NCBI GenBank assembly: GCA_028691615.1
Contig: JAQUYX010000001.1
Span: 491-64,490 of the forward strand
Direction: 5' to 3'
DNA from: Victivallaceae bacterium
Lineage (GTDB): Bacteria > Verrucomicrobiota > Lentisphaeria > Victivallales > Victivallaceae
Length of the DNA stretch: 64,000 bases
Shown: piece after piece, positions 46,535 through 56,349 of the stretch
Layout of the letters: every line of letters starts with the position of its first letter
Numbering within the stretch: position 1 is the first letter of the stretch
Notes under the pieces: model-generated
Seen by the model: the letters and a program-made list of their open reading frames with translations, nothing else
Databases searched by the model: none
What the model was told of the DNA's origin: nothing
Position numbers and translations under genes: made by a program

Positions 46535-48201
46535 CCGGTCCGAAACGCCGGAAAATTCTGCTCTTTGCCGCGATCGGGGTCGTCGCCGCGGGGATTCGCC
46601 TGTACGTGCTGGCGGCGCTGAAAAAGTCGAGCTTCTTCCAGTGGAACACGCTTGACGGACTGGATATGTCCACATTTCTGGCACGAGCAAAGGCGTTGCG
46701 GGAGGGAACGTATTCGATTCTTCCCTATGAGACAATTCTCGCGCTGGCCGGAAGTGTGGAGAATATGATTTTGTTCCAGATGTTTCTCGGCTGCATGACA
46801 GCGCTGCTGATCGCGTGGATCGCGCTGCATTTGACCGGGAAACGGCTCTACGCACTGATCGCGGGATTGGCGGCGGCGGCCTACGCGCCGGAAGTGATGT
46901 ACGAAGGATTTCTCCTGCGCGAAAGCGGGATTGTTTTTCTCCTGACCGCAAGTTGCGCGGCAACCATTCTCGCCCACGGCCGACGCACGGAGAGAATCGG
47001 ATTCCCCCTGCTGGGCGCACTCACCGCCGTCGCCGCCTTGATGCGCTTCTCCAATTTCATCTGGGCAGCAACCCTCTGGGCAATGGCGGCCGCCTCCCGC
47101 CCCGCCCCCGCAAAACGAAAATACTCGATTGCCGCAATGCTGCTCATGATGCTCCTCCTTTACAGCGCGCCGCACCTCTGGAACCGGGCAAAAAAAATAT
47201 CCACCGGCGCGCCGATCCAATTATCCTACCTCGCCTCGGCCTCCGCGTCGGGAACGATCGGCACCCCCGCAACCGCCCCGGACAGCACGGCGTCCACCGT
47301 GGGCGCAATTGTGCGCAAGCTCCCCCAAAAGATATTCTTCCTGCTCGGCCCGGAGGAACTGCCGAACAACCTGAATTATCGCTTTGTCCGGGAAATGCTT
47401 CCGCTGCCGCTGCCCGGAGATCCGGTATGGCTCTTTCCGCTGGGCCTGATGGGATTGGCGCTCTGGGGCATCCGCCGCAAGACGAGGAAGCGGGCGCTGG
47501 CATTGGCGGCAGTGTTCGCGGCGACCGCGTTGCCGATTGTGCTGTTCCTCCCGCTGGGACGGTATCGGCTCAGTCTGACGCCGATCCTCTTGATCTGTTT
47601 TCCGGCTGTCTTTCTTGGAGGAGGAAAACGCGCGCACAAAATTGCGCTGGCGGCCACGGGAATCGCACTGGTGCTCGGCTATTGGCACCTTCGCCCGGAA
47701 AGCGCACAGACGTTCCGCAGCGCGGATTTCCTCAATCATGGACATGCGCTCAAACGAATGCCAAACACTCCGCCGGATGCGGTCATCGACGCATATCTCA
47801 TGGCATTGACGTTGGATCCCGGCAACCGTGCCGCGCTGGTCAATGCGTTCAACACGGCAATGGCCGACGGATCCCGCGACAAAGCGCTGACGGCGGCGCT
47901 GACCGTACGCAAAGTCTTCCCGGAGGACACGGTCGCACAATACTACCACGGGTTGCTGCTGGCTTTTGCCGCGCAACCCCAAGAGGCGGAAAAGATCTTT
48001 GCAGCGATCCGGTTCGACCAGCTCGACGGGATGCAAGCGCCGTATTGCTATTATTACGGAAAACTCCTGCTCCGGCGCAATGCCAGAGAGGAAGCCGCAA
48101 AGCTCTTTGCCAAAGGCATTTCAGCTGCCCGGAACGCTCAATTGCGCATGCTCCTCACACGCGAGCTTGACAAGCTCGAAAACGCCCGCAAGAAATATTG
48201 A
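46531..48201 (+). CDS. Polytopic membrane protein with C-terminal TPR domain (TMTC-like GT-C + TPR architecture)
   Basis: ATG overlaps the upstream stop (ATGA). Many TM segments. ELPNN motif shared with the 17738..19636 protein. C-terminal TPR-like repeats (LTLDPGNRAAL...). Confidence 0.6.
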   Translation: MTGPKRRKILLFAAIGVVAAGIRLYVLAALKKSSFFQWNTLDGLDMSTFLARAKALREGTYSILPYETILALAGSVENMILFQMFLGCMTALLIAWIALHLTGKRLYALIAGLAAAAYAPEVMYEGFLLRESGIVFLLTASCAATILAHGRRTERIGFPLLGALTAVAALMRFSNFIWAATLWAMAAASRPAPAKRKYSIAAMLLMMLLLYSAPHLWNRAKKISTGAPIQLSYLASASASGTIGTPATAPDSTASTVGAIVRKLPQKIFFLLGPEELPNNLNYRFVREMLPLPLPGDPVWLFPLGLMGLALWGIRRKTRKRALALAAVFAATALPIVLFLPLGRYRLSLTPILLICFPAVFLGGGKRAHKIALAATGIALVLGYWHLRPESAQTFRSADFLNHGHALKRMPNTPPDAVIDAYLMALTLDPGNRAALVNAFNTAMADGSRDKALTAALTVRKVFPEDTVAQYYHGLLLAFAAQPQEAEKIFAAIRFDQLDGMQAPYCYYYGKLLLRRNAREEAAKLFAKGISAARNAQLRMLLTRELDKLENARKKY

Positions 48202-48376
48202 AGAAAAAAGCGGCCTTCCGCTTGAAAAGTATTTTGTGCGGTGTTATCTTGAACCATACGCTTTCGAAGCCCCTTGCGCCGGCTTCCGGCACGAAAACTC
48301 ACCGGTTTTCCCGGAAGCGCTCTCGCGGCGGATTCAAAAGCATGATCGAAAAAAACAAAAGAAAGGTTTTTGAAAA

Positions 48377-48625
48377 ATGAGCGACAAGAGAGAAATTTTT
48401 GCAGACGGCATCGGCCAGATTCACTTTGCGGGCAACATGGTTCGTTTTGACTTCGTGACGCTTCAGCCGACCTCCGAAGGCCAGGCTCCCACGCCGGAAG
48501 CCAACGTCCGGATCATCATGCCTCCCCAGGGCTTCCTCGGTGCTTTCAACTCGATGCAGCAGCTGATCGACAAGCTTCTGGAAGCCGGTGTGCTCCAGAA
48601 GAACGAGAACGCCCCCAAGAAGTAA
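48377..48625 (+). CDS. Small DUF3467-like protein
   Basis: 82 aa. The pattern ...IHFAGNMVRFDF...VRIIMPPQGFLGAFNSMQQLIDKL resembles the DUF3467 family as I recall it. Confidence 0.45.
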   Translation: MSDKREIFADGIGQIHFAGNMVRFDFVTLQPTSEGQAPTPEANVRIIMPPQGFLGAFNSMQQLIDKLLEAGVLQKNENAPKK

Positions 48626-48736
48626 TCCGTCGCTGACGGACCCATTGCGAACCCCTGCCGGAATTGCTTCGTTCCAACGACGCGTCCCGGCGGGAGTTCC
48701 GAAAAAAACCGGAATCCCGCAATCAGGCAAACGCAA

Positions 48737-49279
48737 ATGAATCTCTTCTGGAAAAACGGCAATCCATCCACGACGGTCAACTCCGTCGGAGAATGCCTTG
48801 TATTTCCGTGGGGAGGAGGCCAGCCGGATTGCAGAACGATGGTGGTTTCAAGCGCGAAAGTCCCTGTTGCCCTCAACGGAGACGTGACGATCACATGGAT
48901 CGCCGCTCTTACCGGTGACGTTGTCGGGTGTCTTGCGGATTTGCCGCGTTATATCGAAACCAGTAGGAAGTGTCATCTGTCGGTCGGTGAAAGTGGACTC
49001 CGGAAGGAGTTTTTCACATGGAAAGCGCCGATCTTTCGGATTGATGCGCACATTCTCAGATTCGGAGCAGGCAAAATTCCGATTCGGATCGATGTTCCCG
49101 ATTATGCTGCAGTTTCCTGGACGGTCAACGGGTTATGGAACCAAAGGCCATACGGTCTCTGGCATGCCGCTGCCCTCACGGAAGGACGAAGCATCGGGGG
49201 AATCCGCCGCACAGAGCCATACCGGATTTTTTCCGGAGAGCGCAAAGTGTGTGATCTGGTCGGCTGCCGACGCTGTTGA
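48737..49279 (+). CDS. Hypothetical protein
   Basis: 180-aa ORF in a lower-GC stretch. No recognisable motif or clear RBS. Confidence 0.3.
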   Translation: MNLFWKNGNPSTTVNSVGECLVFPWGGGQPDCRTMVVSSAKVPVALNGDVTITWIAALTGDVVGCLADLPRYIETSRKCHLSVGESGLRKEFFTWKAPIFRIDAHILRFGAGKIPIRIDVPDYAAVSWTVNGLWNQRPYGLWHAAALTEGRSIGGIRRTEPYRIFSGERKVCDLVGCRRC

Positions 49280-49440
49280 GGTTGTGCGCCTCGAACTCCG
49301 CGCGATTTGATTTGTCGCCCGTGTGCAATCGGGATCTCCCCGATTATCGTATGGTAGAAACAGTTCGTCATGCGATAATCCGGTCGATCCAGACGGTCCG
49401 ATCGGGAAACAAGGAACACAATCCGGGAGCGCGAGTTTTT

Positions 49441-51459
49441 ATGGAAAATGTTGCCAGCTGCAGAAATTTTGTAGTCGCCGGGCACTCCGGCAGCGGAAAA
49501 ACCTCGTTATGCGATCTCTTGCTTTACAAGAGCAAAGCAGTCGACCGGCTTGGCAGCGTTGACAACCGCACCAGTGTTTCCGATTACGCCCCCGATGAAC
49601 AGGAAAAACACTCCAGCATCTATGCCAGTTGTCTGAACTGCCGCTGGAATGACCATCATTTCTTCTTCATCGACACCCCCGGATATGGAGAATTCGTCGG
49701 AGAGATGCTTTCGAGCATGCGTGCGGCGGATTCGGTGCTGGTGGTGCTCGACGGTGTCGAAGGCCCGCAGGTGGGAACCGCGCGGGCATGGAAATTCACC
49801 CGGCTGCGCGGCGTTCCGCGATTCGGACTGATCAACCGGCTTGACCATGAACGCGCGAATTTCTCCTTCGTGCTCGGCAAGATGCGCGAAAACCACGGCA
49901 AGAACGTCGTGCTTCCCCTGACCTATCCCGACGGCAACGGGGACAAATTCACCCGCGTCTACGACGTGCTGACCGCCACCGACGTGCCGGATTCCATCGC
50001 CGCAGAGGTCGCGGAATGCAAAGAGTTGCTCATGGATGCAATCGTCGAGACCGACGAAACGCTTATGGAGCGTTATCTGGAAGGCGAGCAGCTCAAACCC
50101 GAGGAACTGGCTCAGGGATTGTTGAATGCGGTGCTCTCGTGCAAAATCATCCCGGTATTTGCCGGCAGTTCGACCAAGGACATCGGCATTACCGAGCTGA
50201 TGGATTACATTGTGCGGATCTTCCCGAATTCGCTGGACAAGAAATTCGCGCCGCTTTCCGACGGAGGAAAATTCCCGGTGGCCGGCGACGGCACGCAGGT
50301 CGGATTGATCTTCAAGGCGGTCAACGATCCTTTCATCGGGCATCTGGCATTCATGAAGGTGGTCTCCGGGGTCTTCCGGGCGGATACGGAACTCTTCAAT
50401 GTGTCGCGCGGCTGCAAGGAAAAAATCGGACAGATGTTTCTGGTGAACGGCAAAACACAGACGCCGGTCGCCGAGGCCGTCCCCGGGATGCTGGTGACCC
50501 TTCCGAAGCTCAAGGACACGCATATCGGCGACACCCTTTCGTCCGCGGCGGATACTCCGACGCTCAAGGGAATCGATTATCCGGTCGGCGTCATGCGTTT
50601 TGCGGTCACGGCGGTCAAATCCGGGGATGACGACAAAATCGCCGCGGCGCTGGCAAAGTTCGCGGAGTGCGACCCGACCATCCGCCTGACCCGGGACGAA
50701 GAAACCAAGGATTTCATCATCTCCGGCATGGGCGAACAGCATATCGCGCAGGTGGCCAAGCGCCTCAAGGAGCAGTACCGCACGGAGATCAATTTGAACG
50801 TGCCGAAGATTCCCTACCGCGAGACGATCACCGCTCCGGGCGAAGGGCATTACCGGCACAAGAAGCAAAGCGGCGGCGCAGGGCAGTTTGCGGAAGTATA
50901 TCTGCGTGTGGCGCCGATTGAAGTCGGATTTGAGTTCTCCAACGACGTCGTCGGCGGAAGCATTCCCAAGAACTTCATTCCGGCGGTGGAAAAGGGCATT
51001 CACGACATGCTGGTCAAAGGTCCGTTGGTCGGCTGCACGGTCGAACGGGTGAAAGTGTCGGTCTACGATGGAAAATATCACCCGGTGGATTCCAATGAAA
51101 TGGCGTTTCGCATTGCCGGACGGATGGCGTTCAAGGACGCGATGAGCAAGGCGAAACCGGTTCTGCTCGAGCCGGTGATGCGTGTGACCATCACCATCCC
51201 GGACTCCTACATGGGCGACATCACCGGGGATCTCAATCACAAACGCGGACGGATTCTCGGTATGGGCGTGGAGGAAGGAATGCAGCAGGTCATTGCGGAA
51301 GTGCCGCTGGCGGAAATGGGAAAATACGCCACCGAACTGCGCAGTATGACGCAGGGACGCGGTTCCTTCGAGTTGGAGTTCGCCCGTTATGAGCAGATTC
51401 CGGCGAATATCGCAGCGATCATCACGGCAAAATACCAGCCGCAGACGACCGAAGAATAA
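49441..51459 (+). CDS. fusA2: Elongation factor G paralog (FusA2/EF-G-like)
   Basis: 672 aa; five-domain EF-G layout. G1 GHSGSGKT, G3 DTPGYGEF (Tyr instead of the catalytic His), G4 NRLD. Confidence 0.85.
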   Translation: MENVASCRNFVVAGHSGSGKTSLCDLLLYKSKAVDRLGSVDNRTSVSDYAPDEQEKHSSIYASCLNCRWNDHHFFFIDTPGYGEFVGEMLSSMRAADSVLVVLDGVEGPQVGTARAWKFTRLRGVPRFGLINRLDHERANFSFVLGKMRENHGKNVVLPLTYPDGNGDKFTRVYDVLTATDVPDSIAAEVAECKELLMDAIVETDETLMERYLEGEQLKPEELAQGLLNAVLSCKIIPVFAGSSTKDIGITELMDYIVRIFPNSLDKKFAPLSDGGKFPVAGDGTQVGLIFKAVNDPFIGHLAFMKVVSGVFRADTELFNVSRGCKEKIGQMFLVNGKTQTPVAEAVPGMLVTLPKLKDTHIGDTLSSAADTPTLKGIDYPVGVMRFAVTAVKSGDDDKIAAALAKFAECDPTIRLTRDEETKDFIISGMGEQHIAQVAKRLKEQYRTEINLNVPKIPYRETITAPGEGHYRHKKQSGGAGQFAEVYLRVAPIEVGFEFSNDVVGGSIPKNFIPAVEKGIHDMLVKGPLVGCTVERVKVSVYDGKYHPVDSNEMAFRIAGRMAFKDAMSKAKPVLLEPVMRVTITIPDSYMGDITGDLNHKRGRILGMGVEEGMQQVIAEVPLAEMGKYATELRSMTQGRGSFELEFARYEQIPANIAAIITAKYQPQTTEE

Positions 51460-51482
51460 AAATTTCATCGGAGTTCTTTTCA

Positions 51483-51521
51483 GGGGAAATCTGCGCCAAC
51501 GCGGATTTCCCCGTTTTTTTT
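51483..51521 (+). terminator. Rho-independent terminator after fusA2
   Basis: GGGGAAATCtGCG-ccaa-CGCgGATTTCCCC followed by T8. Confidence 0.8.
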
Positions 51522-51735
51522 GAGACGGAAGAGATGACGCAAGTTTTGTCGCGGCCATCTTCTACAAATATTTTACATTTAGATCGTTCCAAATTCAAGA
51601 CAGAGGATTTCAAGGCTTGATTTTTTTCTCTGCGGTGATAATTTTATCATCAAAACATCCTCCGCGGCAAAAGGCGGGGATTCGCAGGTCTTTTCCGGGA
51701 TGCCCACCACCCGAGTCGCAACACAGGAGAAAAAA

Positions 51736-52500
51736 ATGATACTCGATCAATTCCGTTTGGATGGAAAAACCGCTTTGGTGACCGGCTGCCGCCGGGGAAT
51801 CGGCAAAGGCTTTGCCGAAGCACTCGCCGCCGCTGGCGCCGATATTATCGGCGTCAGCGCAAATCTCGCACCGGGAAGCGACGTGCAGCGCGCCGTCGAA
51901 AAGACCGGGCGAACGTTTTATCCGTACAGCTGCGATTTTTCCGACCGGAAAGCACTCTATGACTTCATCGGCAAAGTCCGGGAGGAATGCCCCCACGTCG
52001 ACATTCTGTTCAACAACGCAGGCATGGTTATGCGCGCAGACGCCGAAGCCTATCCCGATGACTACTGGGACAAGGTCGTCGAAACCGACCTCTCCGCACA
52101 ATTCATTCTCGCCAGAGAGTTCGGCGCCCGGATGCTGCAAAAAGGGGGCGGCAAAATCGTATTCACCTGTTCGCTGCTCTCCTACCAGGGCGGCATCCGC
52201 AATCCTGCTTACGCGGCAAGCAAAGCCGGCGTGAAGGAACTGGTCATGGCGCTTTCCAACGAATGGGCGTCCCGACACGTCAACGTCAACGGAATCGCAC
52301 CGGGATACATCGCCACCGACAATACCCAGACGCTGCGGGACGACCCCGCGCGCAGCGCTGCGCTTCTCGAACGCATCCCCGCCGGACGCTACGGCACGCC
52401 CGAAGATCTTCAGGGGGCGGCGGTATTTCTGGCCTCGCAAGCATCGGATTACATCCACGGCAGCGTGATTCTGGTCGACGGCGGCTGGATGGGACGCTGA
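51736..52500 (+). CDS. kduD: 2-dehydro-3-deoxy-D-gluconate 5-dehydrogenase (SDR)
   Basis: MILDQFRLDGKTALVTGCRRGIGKG N-terminus typical of KduD. SDR YxxxK (YAASKAG). Confidence 0.8.
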   Translation: MILDQFRLDGKTALVTGCRRGIGKGFAEALAAAGADIIGVSANLAPGSDVQRAVEKTGRTFYPYSCDFSDRKALYDFIGKVREECPHVDILFNNAGMVMRADAEAYPDDYWDKVVETDLSAQFILAREFGARMLQKGGGKIVFTCSLLSYQGGIRNPAYAASKAGVKELVMALSNEWASRHVNVNGIAPGYIATDNTQTLRDDPARSAALLERIPAGRYGTPEDLQGAAVFLASQASDYIHGSVILVDGGWMGR

Positions 52501-52504
52501 AGAA

Positions 52505-53659
52505 TCAGAAGACCTTGCGAATGATTTTTTCCACTCCGGAAACCAATCGCATGCCGCGCGATTCCCGGGGCCGGATCGCCCCCTGCGGACAATGCTCCTG
52601 ACAGCAATAACAGCGAATGCAATCGTCCAGATGGAACACAGGCCGATGATCCGGCCCCATGCGCAAACTCGACGGCGGACACATTTTCACACAGAGCGCG
52701 CACCCGACACACTTGGCCGCATCCAGTTCCGGCCGGGAGAGCAGCTCCCGGCGCAACAGCGACCGGCAGAAGGGCGGGAGAAAAACGCCCCAGTCCAAAC
52801 ATACGCCCGGCGGATCAGGAAGAATGAGCGGCGACTCCAATTTGGGAGGCATCCCGCAAACTTCGATCCCCTCCGGCAGCAAATTTCGCTTTCTCGCGCG
52901 TTCCAGCAGCAGAAGATCGGGCACGCCAAGCAAACCGGAGGTTGCAGCGTCCAACGCCAGCGCGTCGGAGGCGCCCGCGATGAAATTCAACGCGCGCGCA
53001 CTTCCGCTGCCGGGCCCGTTGCCCTCCATCGCCACAATCCCGTCAAGGAAATTAAACTGCGGACGCACCGCCAGATAGAGGTCGAGCAGCATGTCCGCGA
53101 AGCGACCGAAATCGCGTCCCACGGCAAGATGCCAGCCCAAGCGGGAGCTCCCGCGCACCATCCCGAAAAGATTCTTGACGCAAAGGGTAAGGGTCATCAT
53201 GCCGTGCGTCTTGACCTTCGCCAGGTCGACCACGCAGTCAAAACGGCGAAACTCCGCGTCCAGCTCGAGATTCCGAAACCGCATTCCTTCGACCGCCTCG
53301 AACGCCTGATAATCGCCAAAGCCCGCCGCGTCGACATTCATGTGCCGCAATGTCTCGTCGATTCCCATACCTTTGAGGACGGATTCAACGCTCTGGCAAC
53401 CGGGAGTTTCCCGCAATGACACGCGCCGTGCGCCGGCGTCGAGGAAGAGCCGGGCGACCTCCAAAAGAAAAGCCGGATGCACGCAGGCGATGTCGCCTTC
53501 TCTGCGCCATGCCAGAAGATTCGGCTTGAGCAATACGCTCTTGCCATGGAGAGAACCGCCGAAATCGGCCAGCTGGGGGGCGAAGACTTTTTCCAGACCG
53601 TCGCGCAGTTCGCGGGGGGAATAAGAGCTTACGGAAGCATAGGTTGCACGAATGGACAT
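52505..53659 (-). CDS. DUF362-domain protein with C-terminal 2x[4Fe-4S] ferredoxin domain
   Basis: CVGCALCVKMCP and CIRCYCCQEHCP. DUF362-like N-terminal part (VLLKPNLL). Start moved to MSIRATY. Confidence 0.7.
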   Translation of the reverse strand: MSIRATYASVSSYSPRELRDGLEKVFAPQLADFGGSLHGKSVLLKPNLLAWRREGDIACVHPAFLLEVARLFLDAGARRVSLRETPGCQSVESVLKGMGIDETLRHMNVDAAGFGDYQAFEAVEGMRFRNLELDAEFRRFDCVVDLAKVKTHGMMTLTLCVKNLFGMVRGSSRLGWHLAVGRDFGRFADMLLDLYLAVRPQFNFLDGIVAMEGNGPGSGSARALNFIAGASDALALDAATSGLLGVPDLLLLERARKRNLLPEGIEVCGMPPKLESPLILPDPPGVCLDWGVFLPPFCRSLLRRELLSRPELDAAKCVGCALCVKMCPPSSLRMGPDHRPVFHLDDCIRCYCCQEHCPQGAIRPRESRGMRLVSGVEKIIRKVF

Positions 53660-53682
53660 CTTAAAATTTTTCTCCGGTTGCG

Positions 53683-53792
53683 ATGGAGGATTTGAGCAAA
53701 AGCGACTGGGCAAGTTCCGCCCCGAAAAGCCACCGTTTCAGGCCTTTTTCGAGCCGCCGGAAAACACAACGCGAACTTTTCCGAGTGCCGTC
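53683..53792 (+). repeat. Repeat copy D1 (5'-truncated, central hairpin diverged)
   Basis: The 3' ~75 nt align with other copies and end in GAGTGCCGTC. Confidence 0.7.
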
Positions 53793-53798
53793 CACAGA

Positions 53799-53962
53799 GA
53801 CGGTGCTGACAAAGATCCCGTCGATGGATTCCGGATGGATCGAGAAAGGAATGGAATGGTGGGTTTGAGCGTCGCTACTCGGAGAGTAACGACCGAAAAG
53901 CCACCGTTTCAAGCCTTTTTCGAGCCGCCGGAAAACACAACGCGAACTTTGTCAGCACCGTC
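53799..53962 (+). repeat. Repeat copy D2 (164 nt, perfect 12-bp terminal inverted repeat)
   Basis: GACGGTGCTGAC...GTCAGCACCGTC. Central hairpin identical to copy A. Confidence 0.85.
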
Positions 53963-54012
53963 TCCATACTACTATAACCGCCCCACGCGATTTTTCAACC
54001 GCCGAAGCCGAT

Positions 54013-54041
54013 TTGCAAAACACCCGAAGAACGGATATATT
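54013..54041 (+). promoter_or_regulatory. Sigma-70-type promoter TTGCAA-N17-TATATT upstream of apgM
   Basis: Hexamers and 17-nt spacing read directly. ~40 nt upstream of the GTG at 54080. Confidence 0.45.
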
Positions 54042-54079
54042 ATCGATAAAAAAAACATCCATCAAGATTGGGGAAAACC

Positions 54080-55297
54080 GTGAAAAGCATTATCTTTCTG
54101 GCCGACGGCATGGCGGATGATCCGCTGGCCGAACTGGGCAATCTTACTCCTGTGGAAAAAGCCAACACGCCGGGAATGGACGAAATCGCACGCAGGGGCG
54201 CATCGGGCACGTTTCTGACGCTCCCCGAAGGACTTCCCACAAGCTCCGATGTCGCCAATATGTCCGTGCTCGGATTCCTGCCGGAACAGTTCTATCCCGG
54301 CCGCGGCCCGATCGAAGCGGCCAGTCAGGGAATCCATCTGGCGCCGGACGATGTGGCCATGCGCTGCAATCTGGTGACCGTGACGCCCGATGGGATTCTC
54401 GAAGACTATTCGGCCGGACACATCGACAACGCCGTTTCCAAGAGCTTGATCGAATATCTTCAGAAAAATCTCGGCAGCGACAAAGTCACGTTTTATCCCG
54501 GCGTGAGCTATCGAAATCTGCTCGTGCTCCACGGAAACGAGTTTTCGCCGAACTTCGACTATCAGAAACCGGATTCCTCGCAGGGAATCGCGGTTTCCGA
54601 ATTGCGATTGAAACCGCATTCCGGCGACGAGAAAGCCGCAAACACGGTCGCCTTTCTGGAGGAGCTGGGGCGCAAGGCGCACGAACTACTCGCCCACGCG
54701 CCGGTTTCGTCCGGTGCAACCGACATCTGGCCGTGGAGCCCCGGACGCAAACCGGAAATCCCGAGTTTTTCCGCGCGCTACGCCGGAAAAAAAGGCGCGA
54801 TCATCAGCGCCGTGGACGTCATCAAGGGAATCGGCCGCTGCACCGCAATGACGGTCATCGACGTGCCCGGCGCAACCGGCTTTGTCGACACCAATTATGA
54901 AGGCAAAGCCGCCGCCGCGCTCCGGGCGATCGAGGATCACGATCTGGTCTATGTCCACGTCGAGGCAATCGACGAGTGTTCGCACATGGGAGATCTCGCG
55001 CTCAAACTCAAGGCGATCGAGGACTTCGACGCGCGCGTGATCCGTCCGGTGCTCCGCGCTTTGGACGGACGCAAGGAGATCAACTTCGCCATCCTCCCGG
55101 ATCATCCGGTGCCGACCCATCTGCGCAAACACACGACCACGCCGGTTCCCTTCGCCGTCTGCGGTCCGGCAATTCCCGTTCCCGATGCGGTGACCACCTA
55201 CGGGGAACGCGCCGCGCAAAAGGGCGCGCTCGGACACTTGGACAAAGACCGTCTGGTACGGCTGCTGCTGGGATTGGACGCCCCGAAAAAAATCTGA
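54080..55297 (+). CDS. apgM: Cofactor-independent phosphoglycerate mutase, archaeal type (ApgM; the family is also annotated as a proposed homoserine kinase)
   Basis: IIFLADGMADDP metalloenzyme N-terminus; ~405 aa. Start could be GTG 54080 or TTG 54068. Confidence 0.8.
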   Translation: MKSIIFLADGMADDPLAELGNLTPVEKANTPGMDEIARRGASGTFLTLPEGLPTSSDVANMSVLGFLPEQFYPGRGPIEAASQGIHLAPDDVAMRCNLVTVTPDGILEDYSAGHIDNAVSKSLIEYLQKNLGSDKVTFYPGVSYRNLLVLHGNEFSPNFDYQKPDSSQGIAVSELRLKPHSGDEKAANTVAFLEELGRKAHELLAHAPVSSGATDIWPWSPGRKPEIPSFSARYAGKKGAIISAVDVIKGIGRCTAMTVIDVPGATGFVDTNYEGKAAAALRAIEDHDLVYVHVEAIDECSHMGDLALKLKAIEDFDARVIRPVLRALDGRKEINFAILPDHPVPTHLRKHTTTPVPFAVCGPAIPVPDAVTTYGERAAQKGALGHLDKDRLVRLLLGLDAPKKI

Positions 55298-55303
55298 TCC
55301 GTC

Positions 55304-56260
55304 TTACAGGACGGTCCCCTCGAGCAGCGGAAAGCGGCACGGGGATTCAAAGGTGAGGAGCGTCCCGGAATTGGGATGCGGAAATTGAATCTTCGCCGAA
55401 TGCAGCGCCTGATGATCCATGCGCAGCAAAGCATGGTCCGCCTCGGTCAGCGAACAGCTTCGAATTTTCAGGTACAACCGCTCGTCCGGCCCGTAAAGTT
55501 TGTCCCCCACAATCGGAAATCCCAGCGAAAACAAGGTCGCCCGGATCTGATGCTGCCGGCCGGTGTGAAGAATCGCCCGCACAAGTGTCATGTCCGGCGG
55601 CACAGAGCGCTCCGGCACCAACTGTGTATCGACAAACTCCCCGCCCGCCGGGGCGACATCCTCGGGGAAAAACCGCCGCTTTTTTCCAATCCGGCTCTTC
55701 CGGTCGTCGGTCAACACCCCGCGCGCACGCACGATTTGGCGGAAATCGCCGTAAACCAGCGCCAGGTATTCTTTATACATGGCCCCGGAATTCCGAAGCA
55801 TTTTGGCGGCAACCCGGGCGTTTCTGGCGGCGACAAGCAATCCTGAGGTTTCACGGTCCAGCCGGTTGATGAAGTGCACTTCTGCGTATGCGCTGCCGAC
55901 CAGATGCCAGAGCGTATGCCGGAAAAACGGCCCCGTCGGATGCACACAAAGATTCCCCGGTTTGTCGATCACCAGCAAATCGGCGTCCTCATAGACGATC
56001 CGAAAGGAGAGATCCGCTTCGGGTTCGACGGTTTCCGGGGGATAATACGCCACGCAGTCATGCCGGGCAAGCCGCGTTTCCGGATCGGACAAAGGAATGT
56101 CATTGACCCGAAGCCGCCCCTCGGCAATCTGACGGAACCAGCCGTCGGCATCCCAGCGGGAATAATGTCCAGTCAGATAATCCAGCAGAGTCACGCCTTC
56201 TTCGGAGGGCAGCACATGGCTGTAGAGAATGCGATGCGCGAGTTTATCCGCAAAATTCAT
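55304..56260 (-). CDS. RluA-family pseudouridine synthase
   Basis: HRLDRETSGLL catalytic motif, S4-like N-terminus. Start moved to MNFADK. Confidence 0.85.
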   Translation of the reverse strand: MNFADKLAHRILYSHVLPSEEGVTLLDYLTGHYSRWDADGWFRQIAEGRLRVNDIPLSDPETRLARHDCVAYYPPETVEPEADLSFRIVYEDADLLVIDKPGNLCVHPTGPFFRHTLWHLVGSAYAEVHFINRLDRETSGLLVAARNARVAAKMLRNSGAMYKEYLALVYGDFRQIVRARGVLTDDRKSRIGKKRRFFPEDVAPAGGEFVDTQLVPERSVPPDMTLVRAILHTGRQHQIRATLFSLGFPIVGDKLYGPDERLYLKIRSCSLTEADHALLRMDHQALHSAKIQFPHPNSGTLLTFESPCRFPLLEGTVL

Positions 56261-56349
56261 GATTGCGTTTTGCCCCTCTCTCTCGCACGTGGAATCTCTT
56301 CCGGAGGGGCCCGGCGGACGCATTCTCCCCCGAAAAAAGACAAAAAAAA

